The notes beneath the pieces are model-generated. The model did no database searches and was not told where the DNA came from. It worked only from the letters and a program-made list of their open reading frames with translations. This document shows, one piece after another, positions 1 through 9,956 of a stretch of 64,000 bases of DNA. The position numbers were made by a program, and so were the translations under genes. The stretch's first letter is position 1; every line of letters starts with the position of its first letter. Location of the stretch: the IMG/VR virus record IMGVR_UViG_3300032334_001259, positions 248,001 through 312,000 of that record; one strand, written 5' to 3'.

Positions 1-139
1 CTACATTATCTACATTTAAGAATAGTTCTTGTTCACCTGGCATACCACCAAAAACTTGAACAGGACATTTAGCAAGTATTCTTGTTTTTCTATTAATTAC
101 TTTCTTTTCAATTAATGCACGTGTTAGATCTGTATTCAT
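1..139 (-). CDS. hypothetical protein (partial, runs off window)
   Basis: ATG at 139 overlaps the stop of the upstream gene; frame open to position 1 (MNTDLTRALIEKKVINRK...). Confidence 0.6.
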   Translation of the reverse strand, partial: MNTDLTRALIEKKVINRKTRILAKCPVQVFGGMPGEQELFLNVDNV

Positions 140-855
140 TACGCTTTACTCTCTTTCTTAACATGTTTATAAATCTTATTGACGCCATCCTGAAACATCA
201 TATACATAAGTGGAATATTGTCACCACTTTTGGCAAATACACGAACAGCACCATAATAATAACCACCACTACCAATATAACCATCCACAATTTTCTCACA
301 CCAACGGTCAAGTTCATATGTCATGCTTAAATCGTCACTGTTGGTTTTTACAAAATTATATAATTCAATTAGATTATCTTTCTGTGTTGATCTACCACCT
401 ACTCTCCAACCCCAATAGGTATGAAAATCAATTTGATATTTGATATCTGGATCATACTTTATTGCACTGATAAGTTTAACATCAACAGCAATATTGTCAA
501 GTTTATCCAACTCATCAACATATTGTATATTACTTGTTGTTAAACCATAAACATGTCCAAGCATTTCTGGATCATCAAGAAACGCATCAAGAAGTGACGT
601 TTCATTTGTAAAAACACGCAAACATCCTTCTTTACGCACACGTGCGGTTGGATCAAGTGCTAATACTTTTTTTCGCAAAGGAGTTGCATGAGTATAAGAA
701 AAATTCCTTATACTACCATGTGGATCGCCTAATTCCAAACGGAATCTATACTTGTTCTTATACCAAGTTTTAGCTTCGCTTGTTACACGCCAATGTGGAA
801 TTACGTTTTTAAACTTTTCCTGATATTCAATCAGCGTTTGTTCTGTCACTGCCAT
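139..855 (-). CDS. hypothetical phage protein
   Basis: 238-aa ORF overlapping the end of clpA. Confidence 0.75.
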   Translation of the reverse strand: MAVTEQTLIEYQEKFKNVIPHWRVTSEAKTWYKNKYRFRLELGDPHGSIRNFSYTHATPLRKKVLALDPTARVRKEGCLRVFTNETSLLDAFLDDPEMLGHVYGLTTSNIQYVDELDKLDNIAVDVKLISAIKYDPDIKYQIDFHTYWGWRVGGRSTQKDNLIELYNFVKTNSDDLSMTYELDRWCEKIVDGYIGSGGYYYGAVRVFAKSGDNIPLMYMMFQDGVNKIYKHVKKESKA

Positions 856-3061
856 TTTCTGCCACCAATTCTAACTTGTCATCAAGCAAGTCTACTTTAA
901 TTGTAACACTGTTCTGTGATTTGTCAAACAGTATTTTCTTTGCAAGTGGAACCTTGATGTGTTCATGAATTGTGCGGCTCATTGGTCTTGCACCAAGCAA
1001 TGGGCTATAACCCTTCTTGACAAGCCAATCATAGGCAGCGTCAGTAATATCAAGTGTGATATTTTTACCTGACATCTGTGCTTCAAGTTCAGCAATGAAC
1101 TTTTCAGCAATCTTACGGATAGTTTTGCTATCCAGTTTGTTGAATGTAACAATCGCATCTACACGATTGCGGAACTCTGGACGGAAATGTTCTTTAACAG
1201 CAGTTTCAACAACATCACTACGATCTTGGCTGCCAAAGCCAATAGCAAGACGTTCACTATCAGCTGCACCAAGATTACTGGTCATAATCAGCAATGATTG
1301 GCGACAATCAGCACGTTTACCATTTGTGCCAGTGATGAAACCCTCATCCATAACTTGCAACAATACTTGTGCAACATCAGGATGTGCCTTTTCAATTTCG
1401 TCAAATAATATAATACAATGTGGGTTCTTGGCAACTTCACTGATAAGCAATCCACCAGCAAGATTAGCATCATCATAACCAACATAACCTGGCGGAGAAC
1501 CAATTAATCGTGAAATGCTATGCTTTTCTTGATATTCACTCATATCAAAACGTAGCAGTTTCATATTAAGTTTTTCACTTAACTGTTTAGCAAGTTCTGT
1601 TTTACCAGTGCCAGTTGGACCAAGGAACAAGAAGGAACCAACGGGCTTGTTATCAGCCTTCAAGCCAGCTTGACTTACCCATACACGATCAAGAACTGCA
1701 TCAACCGCCGCATCTTGATTATAAACTTTACGTTTAATTTCTTTGTCAAGAGTTGGCATAAGTTTCTGTGTATTCTCTGCACCAAGCTGTGACTCTGGAA
1801 TACCAGTGATACGGCTCAATTCACGGCGGATTTGTGCAACATCAATAGTGCGTGATCCACGTGACTGTGTGCGGCGTAGTGCTGCGGCACTATCAATAAG
1901 GTCAATAGCCTTATCTGGTAGACGTTTATCTGCTTGATAACGATGACTTAACATCACTGCTTCTGTGACAGCAGCATCTGTAATCTTAACATTATGAAAT
2001 GTTTCATAATTGGATTTAATGCCAAGCATAATTGTCTTACAATCTTCAATGCTTGGTTCACCAACACTCACACGATTAAACCTACGCATAAGCGCACGAT
2101 CTTTTTCAAAGTGCTTGGTATATTCTTCCCATGTAGTAGAAGCAATAACCTTGAAATCACCACGAGCAAGTGCTGGCTTAATCATGTTGCTTAAATCAAC
2201 ACTGCTATTGCTACCACTGCCAGCACCATTCATTTGGTGTGCTTCATCAATAAACAGAATAACATTACCTTGTTCAGTTGCGGCGTTCATAATTTCTTGT
2301 AGACGTTCTTCAAAATCACCACGATATTTGGTACCTGCAAGCAAGCTACCAATATTCAAACTGTATACTTCATGTCCACGTAGGAACTTTGGAACATCAT
2401 CATGCACAATGTTGTAAGCAATACCCTCTGCAATAGCAGTTTTACCAACACCAGGATCACCAACCAACATAACGTTGCACTTGTTCTTACGTGCAAGAAT
2501 TTGTGTCATATCTGCAATTTCACTTGCACGACCAATGACAGGATCAATCTTGCCATCACGCACAAGTTCATTTAAATTTGTGCAATATTCATCAAGCGCA
2601 TTACCACCAACACCAACTGCTTTTTTATTTGTCTTTTTATATAATTCTAAAACTTTTTCTGGTTCAACACCATACTTGTTAAGGAAATAAGCAGCATGGC
2701 TTTGTGTTTCCTTACTGATGCTCAAATATAGGTCAGTAATATGAATTTGCTGACGACCAAGTAGAATAACTTGGGTAAAGGCACGGTTGAATACACGTTC
2801 AAGACTTTGTGTTTTCTTGGGTTCTGCACTATCACTATCTTTTACTACTGGAATATTATCAAAGATATAATTTTCCAATTCTAATACGAGATTATCAACA
2901 TCTACACCAATTTCTCGTAGGGTTTTGCTGAAACCACGTTCGTGGAGCATACTAACCAGTAGATGTTCTACGGTGTAATATTGGTGGTTGTTGTCAATAG
3001 CAAATTGCTTTGCTATTTTCACTACTTTTTCAAGGTCGCCGTTGCTGCTAAATTGTGTCAT
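827..3061 (-). CDS. clpA: ATP-dependent Clp protease ATPase subunit, ClpA-like
   Basis: Clp N-domain; two AAA+ modules (GDPGVGKT, GPTGTGKT); FIDEAH and FDEIEKAH Walker B motifs; ClpP-docking IGF loop (LAIGFG); no long ClpB middle domain. Confidence 0.93.
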   Translation of the reverse strand: MTQFSSNGDLEKVVKIAKQFAIDNNHQYYTVEHLLVSMLHERGFSKTLREIGVDVDNLVLELENYIFDNIPVVKDSDSAEPKKTQSLERVFNRAFTQVILLGRQQIHITDLYLSISKETQSHAAYFLNKYGVEPEKVLELYKKTNKKAVGVGGNALDEYCTNLNELVRDGKIDPVIGRASEIADMTQILARKNKCNVMLVGDPGVGKTAIAEGIAYNIVHDDVPKFLRGHEVYSLNIGSLLAGTKYRGDFEERLQEIMNAATEQGNVILFIDEAHQMNGAGSGSNSSVDLSNMIKPALARGDFKVIASTTWEEYTKHFEKDRALMRRFNRVSVGEPSIEDCKTIMLGIKSNYETFHNVKITDAAVTEAVMLSHRYQADKRLPDKAIDLIDSAAALRRTQSRGSRTIDVAQIRRELSRITGIPESQLGAENTQKLMPTLDKEIKRKVYNQDAAVDAVLDRVWVSQAGLKADNKPVGSFLFLGPTGTGKTELAKQLSEKLNMKLLRFDMSEYQEKHSISRLIGSPPGYVGYDDANLAGGLLISEVAKNPHCIILFDEIEKAHPDVAQVLLQVMDEGFITGTNGKRADCRQSLLIMTSNLGAADSERLAIGFGSQDRSDVVETAVKEHFRPEFRNRVDAIVTFNKLDSKTIRKIAEKFIAELEAQMSGKNITLDITDAAYDWLVKKGYSPLLGARPMSRTIHEHIKVPLAKKILFDKSQNSVTIKVDLLDDKLELVAENGSDRTNAD

Positions 3062-3067
3062 AGTCCT

Positions 3068-3095
3068 AATATAACATGTATTCAGTAGTTGTCAA
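3068..3095 (-). promoter_or_regulatory. sigma70-type promoter of clpA, leaderless geometry
   Basis: TTGACA-16-TATATT with extended TG; ATG 6 nt after the -10. Confidence 0.65.
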
Positions 3096-3964
3096 GTATT
3101 TAGTGGACGAATTTTCTGTATTTCTTTAACTAAATTAAGTTGTTCATTAGTCAAAATTGTAGGTATTTTTATATTAATTTTTGCAATATACTTGCCACGT
3201 GTTCCATTTTGTCTTGGGAAACCTTCGTCTGTGATACCAAATTGGCTATTATTTTGGGTTCCACGAGGAATATGTAATTCTATAATTTTACCACTTGGTA
3301 AACTAATAGGTAAATTACATCCTAATATGGCTTGAAATGCATCAATTGTAATATCTTCCATTACATTTTCAGCATTTCTTGTAAAACGTTCATGCCGCTG
3401 AACACGGATTTGGACATCTAAATTACCACGTGGAACGCCTGGATTGGCATCATCCCCACGTCCAACTACCTGAAATACATATCCATCTTCAACACCTGCT
3501 GGTATTTCAATTTGTATTTTATCTTTATTATTTGTGGTATTAAATTCTATAATTTTAACTTGTGGATTTAGTGTATCCAAAAAGTTAAGGTCTAATACTA
3601 CACGTAAATTACGGTTTCTTGGCTGTTGGCGAGTCTGGAAGCCAAATTGGTTAAAGAATTGGTCATGGAAATTAGCAAATGGGTCTGAACCACCACCAAA
3701 GTTAAAGTGAAACTCAAATGGATTTCCGCCACCTTGATGCTGATGAAAATTACGGAATTGTGGTTGTGGATTTTTCAAACTATAATCATAAGCGGCACGT
3801 TCTTGTGGATTGCTTAATGTATTATAAGCATCGTTGATCTGTTGAAACTTGTCTTTGCTACCACCCAAATCAGGATGATGCTGTTTGGCAAGTTTTCTAA
3901 AAGCTGATTTAATTTCTTCTGGAGTGGCAGACTGTGCCACCCCAAGTGTTTCATAATGACTCAT
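3092..3964 (-). CDS. dnaJ: DnaJ class B (CbpA-like) co-chaperone
   Basis: J-domain with HPD, G/F-rich linker, C-terminal domain, no zinc-finger repeats. Confidence 0.9.
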   Translation of the reverse strand: MSHYETLGVAQSATPEEIKSAFRKLAKQHHPDLGGSKDKFQQINDAYNTLSNPQERAAYDYSLKNPQPQFRNFHQHQGGGNPFEFHFNFGGGSDPFANFHDQFFNQFGFQTRQQPRNRNLRVVLDLNFLDTLNPQVKIIEFNTTNNKDKIQIEIPAGVEDGYVFQVVGRGDDANPGVPRGNLDVQIRVQRHERFTRNAENVMEDITIDAFQAILGCNLPISLPSGKIIELHIPRGTQNNSQFGITDEGFPRQNGTRGKYIAKINIKIPTILTNEQLNLVKEIQKIRPLNT

Positions 3965-3970
3965 ACTAAT

Positions 3971-3999
3971 AATTTAGCATGTAATTAATTGCTTGTCAA
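3971..3999 (-). promoter_or_regulatory. sigma70-type promoter of dnaJ, leaderless geometry
   Basis: TTGACA-17-TAAATT with extended TG; ATG 6 nt downstream. Confidence 0.6.
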
Positions 4000-4587
4000 G
4001 GTGCTTTTTGGTGTAGCAGCCGCAGTATCTTTCTTTTCTTGGGTTCTGCCCCAAGCACTTATACCTAAAATTGCACCAAATGCAAGATGTATAAGTCCAC
4101 CGTTAGATAATGTTAGACTTGTCCATTGTGTGTATGCAATCGTAGTTGAACCAAGAGATTTAAGAAATACTGGCATCGCCATTGTTAAGAATGGAGCAAC
4201 GATAAAATCAAAAGCACAAATAAGCATATAAAGAACTGCCATCATAGGACGCCAAAATTTTTGCATCCAATGTTCTGGTGGTTTTTCATTTGCTTTACGT
4301 TCTTCACGCAATTGGCGTTGACGTTCATATTCTATTTCATCTTCTTTTTGTTGTTCACGACGATCTTCAATCATCATCTTGTGAAGTTCACGGCGTTCTT
4401 CAAGATGAAACTTCATTTCTTCTAATGCAATTTTACGAAGTTCTACATTTTTTTGATCTTCTGCACTTAGTTGTGTTTGTGGAGTAGGTGCATAAGATGT
4501 AGCGGCAGTTGTTAATTGTGCGTCTTCTGGACGCTCATCATCTGCCATACGGCGTGGACCAATTGGTTCATCATCGTCATCTGCCAT
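3985..4587 (-). CDS. putative holin (GTA 3TM-holin-like) with acidic coiled-coil N-terminal extension
   Basis: WRPMMAVLYMLICAFDF...GAILGISAWGRTQEK membrane domain; directly after the spanin pair; start revised to MADDDD at 4587. Confidence 0.6.
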   Translation of the reverse strand: MADDDDEPIGPRRMADDERPEDAQLTTAATSYAPTPQTQLSAEDQKNVELRKIALEEMKFHLEERRELHKMMIEDRREQQKEDEIEYERQRQLREERKANEKPPEHWMQKFWRPMMAVLYMLICAFDFIVAPFLTMAMPVFLKSLGSTTIAYTQWTSLTLSNGGLIHLAFGAILGISAWGRTQEKKDTAAATPKSTLTSN

Positions 4588-4588
4588 C

Positions 4589-4987
4589 TTATTTTGTTCC
4601 TGTAGTTGTTTTTGTTGTATCTGGCTTTGCGGCTTGTGCATCATAGTATTTTTTGTATGCTCCAAGTTGTGCTTGATATTGTCTAATGATTTTAACAAGA
4701 TTGGCTTGGTTGATTGCCATGTCTTCGTAGTCTTTTGGAGTAATTGCGAAAAGAGTGTCGCTATTTGCCGTTCTAAATGTTGTGTCAATGTGATCATCCG
4801 CACCAGTTTTGGCGTTTTTATTTATAATATACCATTCTACGTCACTTAATTGAACTTGGTCTACATTAGGTAACATAAGAGTAGGTTTTTCTACTGTAAT
4901 TACTGCTGTTGTTGGACCTGTAGTTTGGCAACCCATTAGCAATGCAGTTGCAAATATAGCTGCAAGGATTTTAACAACCTGAGACAT
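4589..4987 (-). CDS. o-spanin (outer-membrane lipoprotein)
   Basis: signal peptide with lipobox LLMG-C; overlaps the upstream TM/coiled-coil gene. Confidence 0.75.
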   Translation of the reverse strand: MSQVVKILAAIFATALLMGCQTTGPTTAVITVEKPTLMLPNVDQVQLSDVEWYIINKNAKTGADDHIDTTFRTANSDTLFAITPKDYEDMAINQANLVKIIRQYQAQLGAYKKYYDAQAAKPDTTKTTTGTK

Positions 4988-5372
4988 TTGCGGTTCCTTT
5001 GTTGACTGTTTCTTCTATGCATCGGAATGATTTTGCAGTAGCATCATTCATGCGTTTCTTGACTTCTTTTGGTTTGGCTTGTGCAAATGCTGCAAGGTCA
5101 CGGTTATTTTTTTTAAACTTTTCTTGTATTGTGTTTACTTCATTACGAGCAGTCTGATAATCATCATATGCTTTTTGTGCAACTTCTTGCTGCACTTTTA
5201 AATCTTCTTGTGTTTTCTTAAGAGTTTCAGTAGTTGTTTTAAGAGCAAATTCTTTTGCTGCTACTTCTTGATTTAATCTGGCTAATTCGTCTTGGGTGTA
5301 TTTAAAGTAGCCTACAATACTACCTACTATCGCAAGAACGATGCCAATCTTCCAAAGGCTGATTCCAAACAT
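4971..5372 (-). CDS. i-spanin
   Basis: single N-terminal TM helix, long coiled coil, C-terminal cysteines. Confidence 0.75.
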   Translation of the reverse strand: MFGISLWKIGIVLAIVGSIVGYFKYTQDELARLNQEVAAKEFALKTTTETLKKTQEDLKVQQEVAQKAYDDYQTARNEVNTIQEKFKKNNRDLAAFAQAKPKEVKKRMNDATAKSFRCIEETVNKGTANVSGC

Positions 5373-5899
5373 TAGATAATTCCACTTAATTTCTTGATTG
5401 CGTCTATATCTGTATTTAACTTTTCGGTTTCACTCTTTACTCTATTAAAACTTTTTACACTTTCTTCATATTGTGCTGGATTTTGTGGCACAGACTTTGT
5501 AAAGTTTTCTTCATTCATTGGTTGATAATCATTGCTCTTATACCAACGGAATTTCCAATCGCCACGCTTTACACCTGTGAGATGATTTAGATCGTCTAAC
5601 ATTTCATTTACATATTTGTAAACATTTGGTCTGCGTTGGACTTCAACAAATACAAGACGTTCATTATCAGCAACTTCACCCGTGCTAACATCAGCATCAA
5701 GAATAAAATCATAACCATTTTCAAGAAAACTTACTAAATCAGTTGCTGGCATTAAGTCTTTTACTTTAAAACTTAATGTAACAACATCACTTGGGTCACC
5801 CATCTTACTATTATATTCATCAATATGAATAGTATTATCAACCAAATATTTTAGGTCTTCTGCTTGTAAACCTTCATTTAATTGATTATGCTTGTTCAT
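5372..5899 (-). CDS. conserved jumbo-phage hypothetical protein
   Basis: start revised to MNKHNQLNEG after a GAGGAG SD; IDEYNSKMG and ILDADVS motifs. Confidence 0.7.
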   Translation of the reverse strand: MNKHNQLNEGLQAEDLKYLVDNTIHIDEYNSKMGDPSDVVTLSFKVKDLMPATDLVSFLENGYDFILDADVSTGEVADNERLVFVEVQRRPNVYKYVNEMLDDLNHLTGVKRGDWKFRWYKSNDYQPMNEENFTKSVPQNPAQYEESVKSFNRVKSETEKLNTDIDAIKKLSGII

Positions 5900-6437
5900 T
5901 TTCTTCCTCCTCATTTTCAATTGGAGCTTCTTGATTTGTATCTTGTTCCTTTGCACCCTTATCACTCAAGCCTTTTTCAATGCTTGCTTGTAGGTCAGCA
6001 AGATCAACTTCTTCACCAGCAATATCCACACTACCTTGTTTAATATCACTCATAAGTTTCTTTGGTAGCAACATTTCTACATACCAAATTGGAAATTCTA
6101 CAAGTTTACCTTTATGACTACCTGGTCTAATGTCAGCGGGACTACGAATTTCAATTGGAACTCGCACTTTTTCTTTTTTATAAGTAATCTTTGCACCATA
6201 TGGTAGCAAACGTTTAGCCGCAGCTGGATCAGGCATACGATCTAGTGGCCACATGAATATGCACTTTACCCAATAACGACTAATAATTGGACCTTCAACC
6301 AATTCACCAATACGCCAGTTTGGGAAAGTATAGAAATCCATATTGTCAAGAACACGTTCAAAATCGCAGAGCATGCTGATTGCTGCATCACTCATATAAA
6401 TTTGCTTTACTGCTTTTAAATTCTGTTTAATATCCAT
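5886..6437 (-). CDS. conserved jumbo-phage hypothetical protein
   Basis: 183-aa ORF downstream of TATAAATA; DFERVLD and MPDP motifs. Confidence 0.75.
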   Translation of the reverse strand: MDIKQNLKAVKQIYMSDAAISMLCDFERVLDNMDFYTFPNWRIGELVEGPIISRYWVKCIFMWPLDRMPDPAAAKRLLPYGAKITYKKEKVRVPIEIRSPADIRPGSHKGKLVEFPIWYVEMLLPKKLMSDIKQGSVDIAGEEVDLADLQASIEKGLSDKGAKEQDTNQEAPIENEEEENEQA

Positions 6438-6553
6438 AGTGACACTCTTAAGTTATTTATAACAAATTGAGGTCAAGATACATTACATTATAATGTCATA
6501 TATTGTGATTTAAATACTTTTGTGCTACAACCAGCACGGGAAGAGAATACTTT

Positions 6554-7309
6554 ATGAAGCGTAAACAAAAGTTACATCAAATGAACCCTAACGCACAAAG
6601 CCAAAACAGAAATTATAACAACATAACTCAAATAGAACAGTTCTTACCACAGAAGAAAAGAACAGTTGAAATTATTCCCAGAAATATAAATCAGGAAACC
6701 TATCTTGCACTGCTCATGGACCCATCTATGAGCATTATTATTGCAAGTGGACCTGCTGGCACGGGTAAAACACTGTTAGCTATGCAAGCTGCAATTAAAT
6801 TCCTTAAAGAACGCCAAATTGATAAAATTATTTTAACAAGACCAGCAGTTGGTGTTGAAGGTGAGCGTCATGGGTTTTTACCAGGTGATTTAGTACAAAA
6901 AATGGAACCTTGGACTAAACCACTATTTGATGTGCTACACGAGTATTATACCACACGTGATACACTTTCTATGATTGAAAATGGTGTTATTGAAATTTGT
7001 CCACTTGCTTTTATGCGTGGGAGAACTTTCAAAAATGCAGTAATCATCGCAGATGAAATGCAAAATGCAACACCAAATCAAATGAAAATGTTATTAACAC
7101 GTATTGGTGAAGGCAGTCGTATCATTGTAACAGGCGATGTTCGTCAGACCGACCGAACAGAAGGTGAGAACGGATTATTAGATTTCAACAAACTAATTAA
7201 CCAATTCCGCTCCAGCGCACATGTTGGCACCGTAGAATTTACAGGCAGTGATATTGAACGTCATCCAGCAGTAGAGGAGGTATTGCGAATATACGGTGAT
7301 ATCAAATAG
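6554..7309 (+). CDS. phoH: PhoH-like ATPase
   Basis: GPAGTGKT, TRPAV, GFLPG, RGRTF, DEMQN, TGDxxQ and RH motifs. Confidence 0.95.
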   Translation: MKRKQKLHQMNPNAQSQNRNYNNITQIEQFLPQKKRTVEIIPRNINQETYLALLMDPSMSIIIASGPAGTGKTLLAMQAAIKFLKERQIDKIILTRPAVGVEGERHGFLPGDLVQKMEPWTKPLFDVLHEYYTTRDTLSMIENGVIEICPLAFMRGRTFKNAVIIADEMQNATPNQMKMLLTRIGEGSRIIVTGDVRQTDRTEGENGLLDFNKLINQFRSSAHVGTVEFTGSDIERHPAVEEVLRIYGDIK

Positions 7310-7658
7310 TCTTACGACTTAGTAACTTTAATAACCGCCATTGGTCATAAGCGTCTTTTACGGCTTCACTTTCATGTTGGCGATCTTTTGCCCAACTTGT
7401 TTCTTGAATCCATCCGCCGTTTTTACCCTGTGCTTTATATATTGCCCATGCTTCTGGTAGATACTGTTCAAACCAAGTATCTTCGCCCAAATCATTACGG
7501 GTCATACCAAAGAAAGCATTTCCGTCCATTATAGCCATAACTTCGGCTATTGGTCGCAGCAATTCTTTTTCTTTCTGTGTAAACTTTCTCTTTTTAAGTT
7601 TTTGGTTATAGTTTTTCCAGAACCATTTTAAAAAAGAATCAGGTTCACTTTTATTCAT
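7302..7658 (-). CDS. hypothetical protein
   Basis: 118-aa ORF coupled to the clamp-loader gene (ATGA overlap). Confidence 0.7.
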   Translation of the reverse strand: MNKSEPDSFLKWFWKNYNQKLKKRKFTQKEKELLRPIAEVMAIMDGNAFFGMTRNDLGEDTWFEQYLPEAWAIYKAQGKNGGWIQETSWAKDRQHESEAVKDAYDQWRLLKLLSRKTI

Positions 7659-8581
7659 TGTAATTCGGCTAACTCACAAAATGTAGCACTTAAATTAATT
7701 TCAGCATCAGCAACCATACTATGATTTACCAAGCCATTGCGAATGATAACAATTGCACGATCCTGTGCATCATCACTACTTGCAAACAAATCAAGATTAT
7801 CATACATCCAACGGAATACTTCTTCCATCTCATCAGGACGAACTTGACTACAAATTAGTTTACGTGCTTCACGAATCTTTTTTGCTTTAAACAATTCAAC
7901 TGCTTGTAATCTATAGTCACTGCTATTCTGCGAACCTTGTGCAACCTTTTGTAGGGTTCCGCCACTACTTCCACTTTGTAGTGCATTAATACATTTACGA
8001 AGGTCAGGATATTGTGCACTTACATAAGTGTCTAACACATCTAAGTCAAAGTTAATATTTTCTTCAACAAGAATAGTAGCGGCACGTGCAGTAAACTCTG
8101 TTTTGTCAAGTTTCTCAATATGGAAACCTTGACAACGACTATGCAACGCTGGAATAATCTTGTTAGGATAGTTGCAAGTCATAATAAAACGAGCAGTGCT
8201 GCTGTAAGTCTCCATCAAACCACGCAGCACTGCTTGTGCGTTAGGCGACAGATAATCTGCCTCATCCAACAGCACCACCTTAAACTCACCAAATGGCATT
8301 GTAGATACAAATCCTTCAATGCGGTCACGAATAAAATCAACACCGTTATCTCTGGAAGCGTTGATTTGCATAATATCATAATCTTCTACGCCAAGATCAT
8401 TCATAAGAACCTTGGCAAGCGTGGTCTTGCCTGTGCCTGGTCCACCACTGAATAACAGATGTGGAATATTCTTCTCACTCACCCACTGACGAACCTGTTG
8501 TTGTTGGGCATCATCACGCCAAACATAATCATTTACCGTGCGTGGGCGGTATCGTTCTGTCCAAAGATAATTTGTAATCAT
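7655..8581 (-). CDS. clamp loader AAA+ subunit (RFC small / T4 gp44-like)
   Basis: WTERYRP, GGPGTGKTT, NAS, LDEAD and SRC motifs. Confidence 0.93.
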   Translation of the reverse strand: MITNYLWTERYRPRTVNDYVWRDDAQQQQVRQWVSEKNIPHLLFSGGPGTGKTTLAKVLMNDLGVEDYDIMQINASRDNGVDFIRDRIEGFVSTMPFGEFKVVLLDEADYLSPNAQAVLRGLMETYSSTARFIMTCNYPNKIIPALHSRCQGFHIEKLDKTEFTARAATILVEENINFDLDVLDTYVSAQYPDLRKCINALQSGSSGGTLQKVAQGSQNSSDYRLQAVELFKAKKIREARKLICSQVRPDEMEEVFRWMYDNLDLFASSDDAQDRAIVIIRNGLVNHSMVADAEINLSATFCELAELQ

Positions 8582-8587
8582 GTTTTT

Positions 8588-8616
8588 ATACTAACATACG
8601 GTTATAGTGATGTCAA
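8588..8616 (-). promoter_or_regulatory. sigma70-type promoter, leaderless geometry
   Basis: TTGACA-17-TAGTAT; ATG 6 nt downstream. Confidence 0.6.
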
Positions 8617-8621
8617 CTATT

Positions 8622-9011
8622 TTAAGTTGGGTTAATACCAAAGGTTAAATCTTCTGTTGGCATTTCATCGCTGCTCATAAGAATATCTTTGGGATCAACC
8701 AGACGAACAGTGGTAGTTTCACCGCTTTCATCTGTCATATCAAGACCACGAGTCCAACGACCATGTGCAACAAGAATATATTCACCTGGTTTTACATCTT
8801 CTTGTAAACGACCAACAGCAACAACTTGTGCCCAACGTGGACGAATACCTTGTCCTTTCTTGTCATCATCAATAATGATGATACCACCAAGTGTCATACG
8901 CTCACCAAAATCCATGTCCTTTACAAGAACATTATTTTTAGTTGGTATAATTTTTCGATAGTCTTCACGAACATGGTGTAGACTACTTTTTGCTTTATTG
9001 AGTTTTGTCAT
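8622..9011 (-). CDS. groES: co-chaperonin GroES-like
   Basis: PTKNNVLV, GGIII mobile loop, VVAVG and DVKPGE motifs. Confidence 0.85.
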   Translation of the reverse strand: MTKLNKAKSSLHHVREDYRKIIPTKNNVLVKDMDFGERMTLGGIIIIDDDKKGQGIRPRWAQVVAVGRLQEDVKPGEYILVAHGRWTRGLDMTDESGETTTVRLVDPKDILMSSDEMPTEDLTFGINPT

Positions 9012-9418
9012 ATTCTGCGTCTCTGGTTTCTTAAACGGTCTGCAAGTTCTTGGCTACGTGCTTGTGCATCATTAATACCACCAGTTGTTGGTGCTGGTGT
9101 ATTTGGATCAACTGGTGTAGATTCCTGCTGTGAACTAACAAGATTTTCTAACGGAGTTGGTGTTTCAAAAATATCTGCTACTGCTGCGGCATTTGCCTCA
9201 TCAACCGTATTATAAATTGGTGCGTCTTTTAATGGACTACCTTTCTGTGCATTATAATAACTTTTCATTCGCTGATCCCTTGTTTCAACAACTTGTCCAC
9301 CTGGTCCAAGTATATCACCACGTGCATTTTGCCTGCTATTACCTACAGCAATAGTTCTTTCTTGTTGTATTTTCAACGCATTTATATCTAAAAATTTGCC
9401 ATTTGCTGTGCGATTCAT
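9008..9418 (-). CDS. conserved phage hypothetical protein
   Basis: RTANGK...AVGN..NARGD.LGPGG motif; AAGGAG SD and TAAATA upstream. Confidence 0.7.
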   Translation of the reverse strand: MNRTANGKFLDINALKIQQERTIAVGNSRQNARGDILGPGGQVVETRDQRMKSYYNAQKGSPLKDAPIYNTVDEANAAAVADIFETPTPLENLVSSQQESTPVDPNTPAPTTGGINDAQARSQELADRLRNQRRRI

Positions 9419-9440
9419 AAAAACTCTACTCCTTGCGTAT

Positions 9441-9956
9441 TTAACGCATAAATTCTGCGAACTCTAAATTATTTCTTAAACTATGTATGCGATGAACACC
9501 AATCAAATATAAAACAAAACTTGCTACACTTGAACCACGACCAACGCCCCATACTATACTATTCTTACGCATGGTGTCAACAAAATATTTTAAATACTGC
9601 AATAGTGGTAACAAATCTCTTTCAGCATATTCTAATAATTCTTGACCAGCACGTTGTAATTCATTTTGGTCTTGGCATTGATCTAAAATCCATTTAGCAA
9701 TATCCAAATCCAAATATTCCTGTGGCATGAACCACACCTGTTGATTACGTTTATGAAACTCATTCACACTGATATCCAACGCCTCTAACTTTTGTAAAGG
9801 TTTCCAATCAAGATATAATGATTTAATTGCCGCATTATATTTTTCTGGATTAGTTATTGGAATATCGGATATTTCCCGTTCAGGATTAATATAAAGTAAT
9901 TCTGCTAGTTCAACATCATTTATTACTGAACGGGAAAATTCGTCAAGATTTGTCAC
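9441..9956 (-). CDS. stand-alone DNA polymerase III alpha (DnaE) fragment
   Basis: WGVGRGSSVASFVLYLIG is the GRGS motif region of family C polymerases; only 171 aa. Confidence 0.75.
   Translation of the reverse strand: MTNLDEFSRSVINDVELAELLYINPEREISDIPITNPEKYNAAIKSLYLDWKPLQKLEALDISVNEFHKRNQQVWFMPQEYLDLDIAKWILDQCQDQNELQRAGQELLEYAERDLLPLLQYLKYFVDTMRKNSIVWGVGRGSSVASFVLYLIGVHRIHSLRNNLEFAEFMR

Noticed and set aside
1056-2690. Plus-strand ORFs inside clpA, and similar antisense ORFs throughout the track
   Set aside because: They are shadow frames of well-supported genes with no motifs or start signals.
9419-9441. Intein or intron continuing the DnaE fragment
   Set aside because: There is a clean stop followed 22 nt later by an unrelated gene with its own SD, and no intein N-terminal motif.
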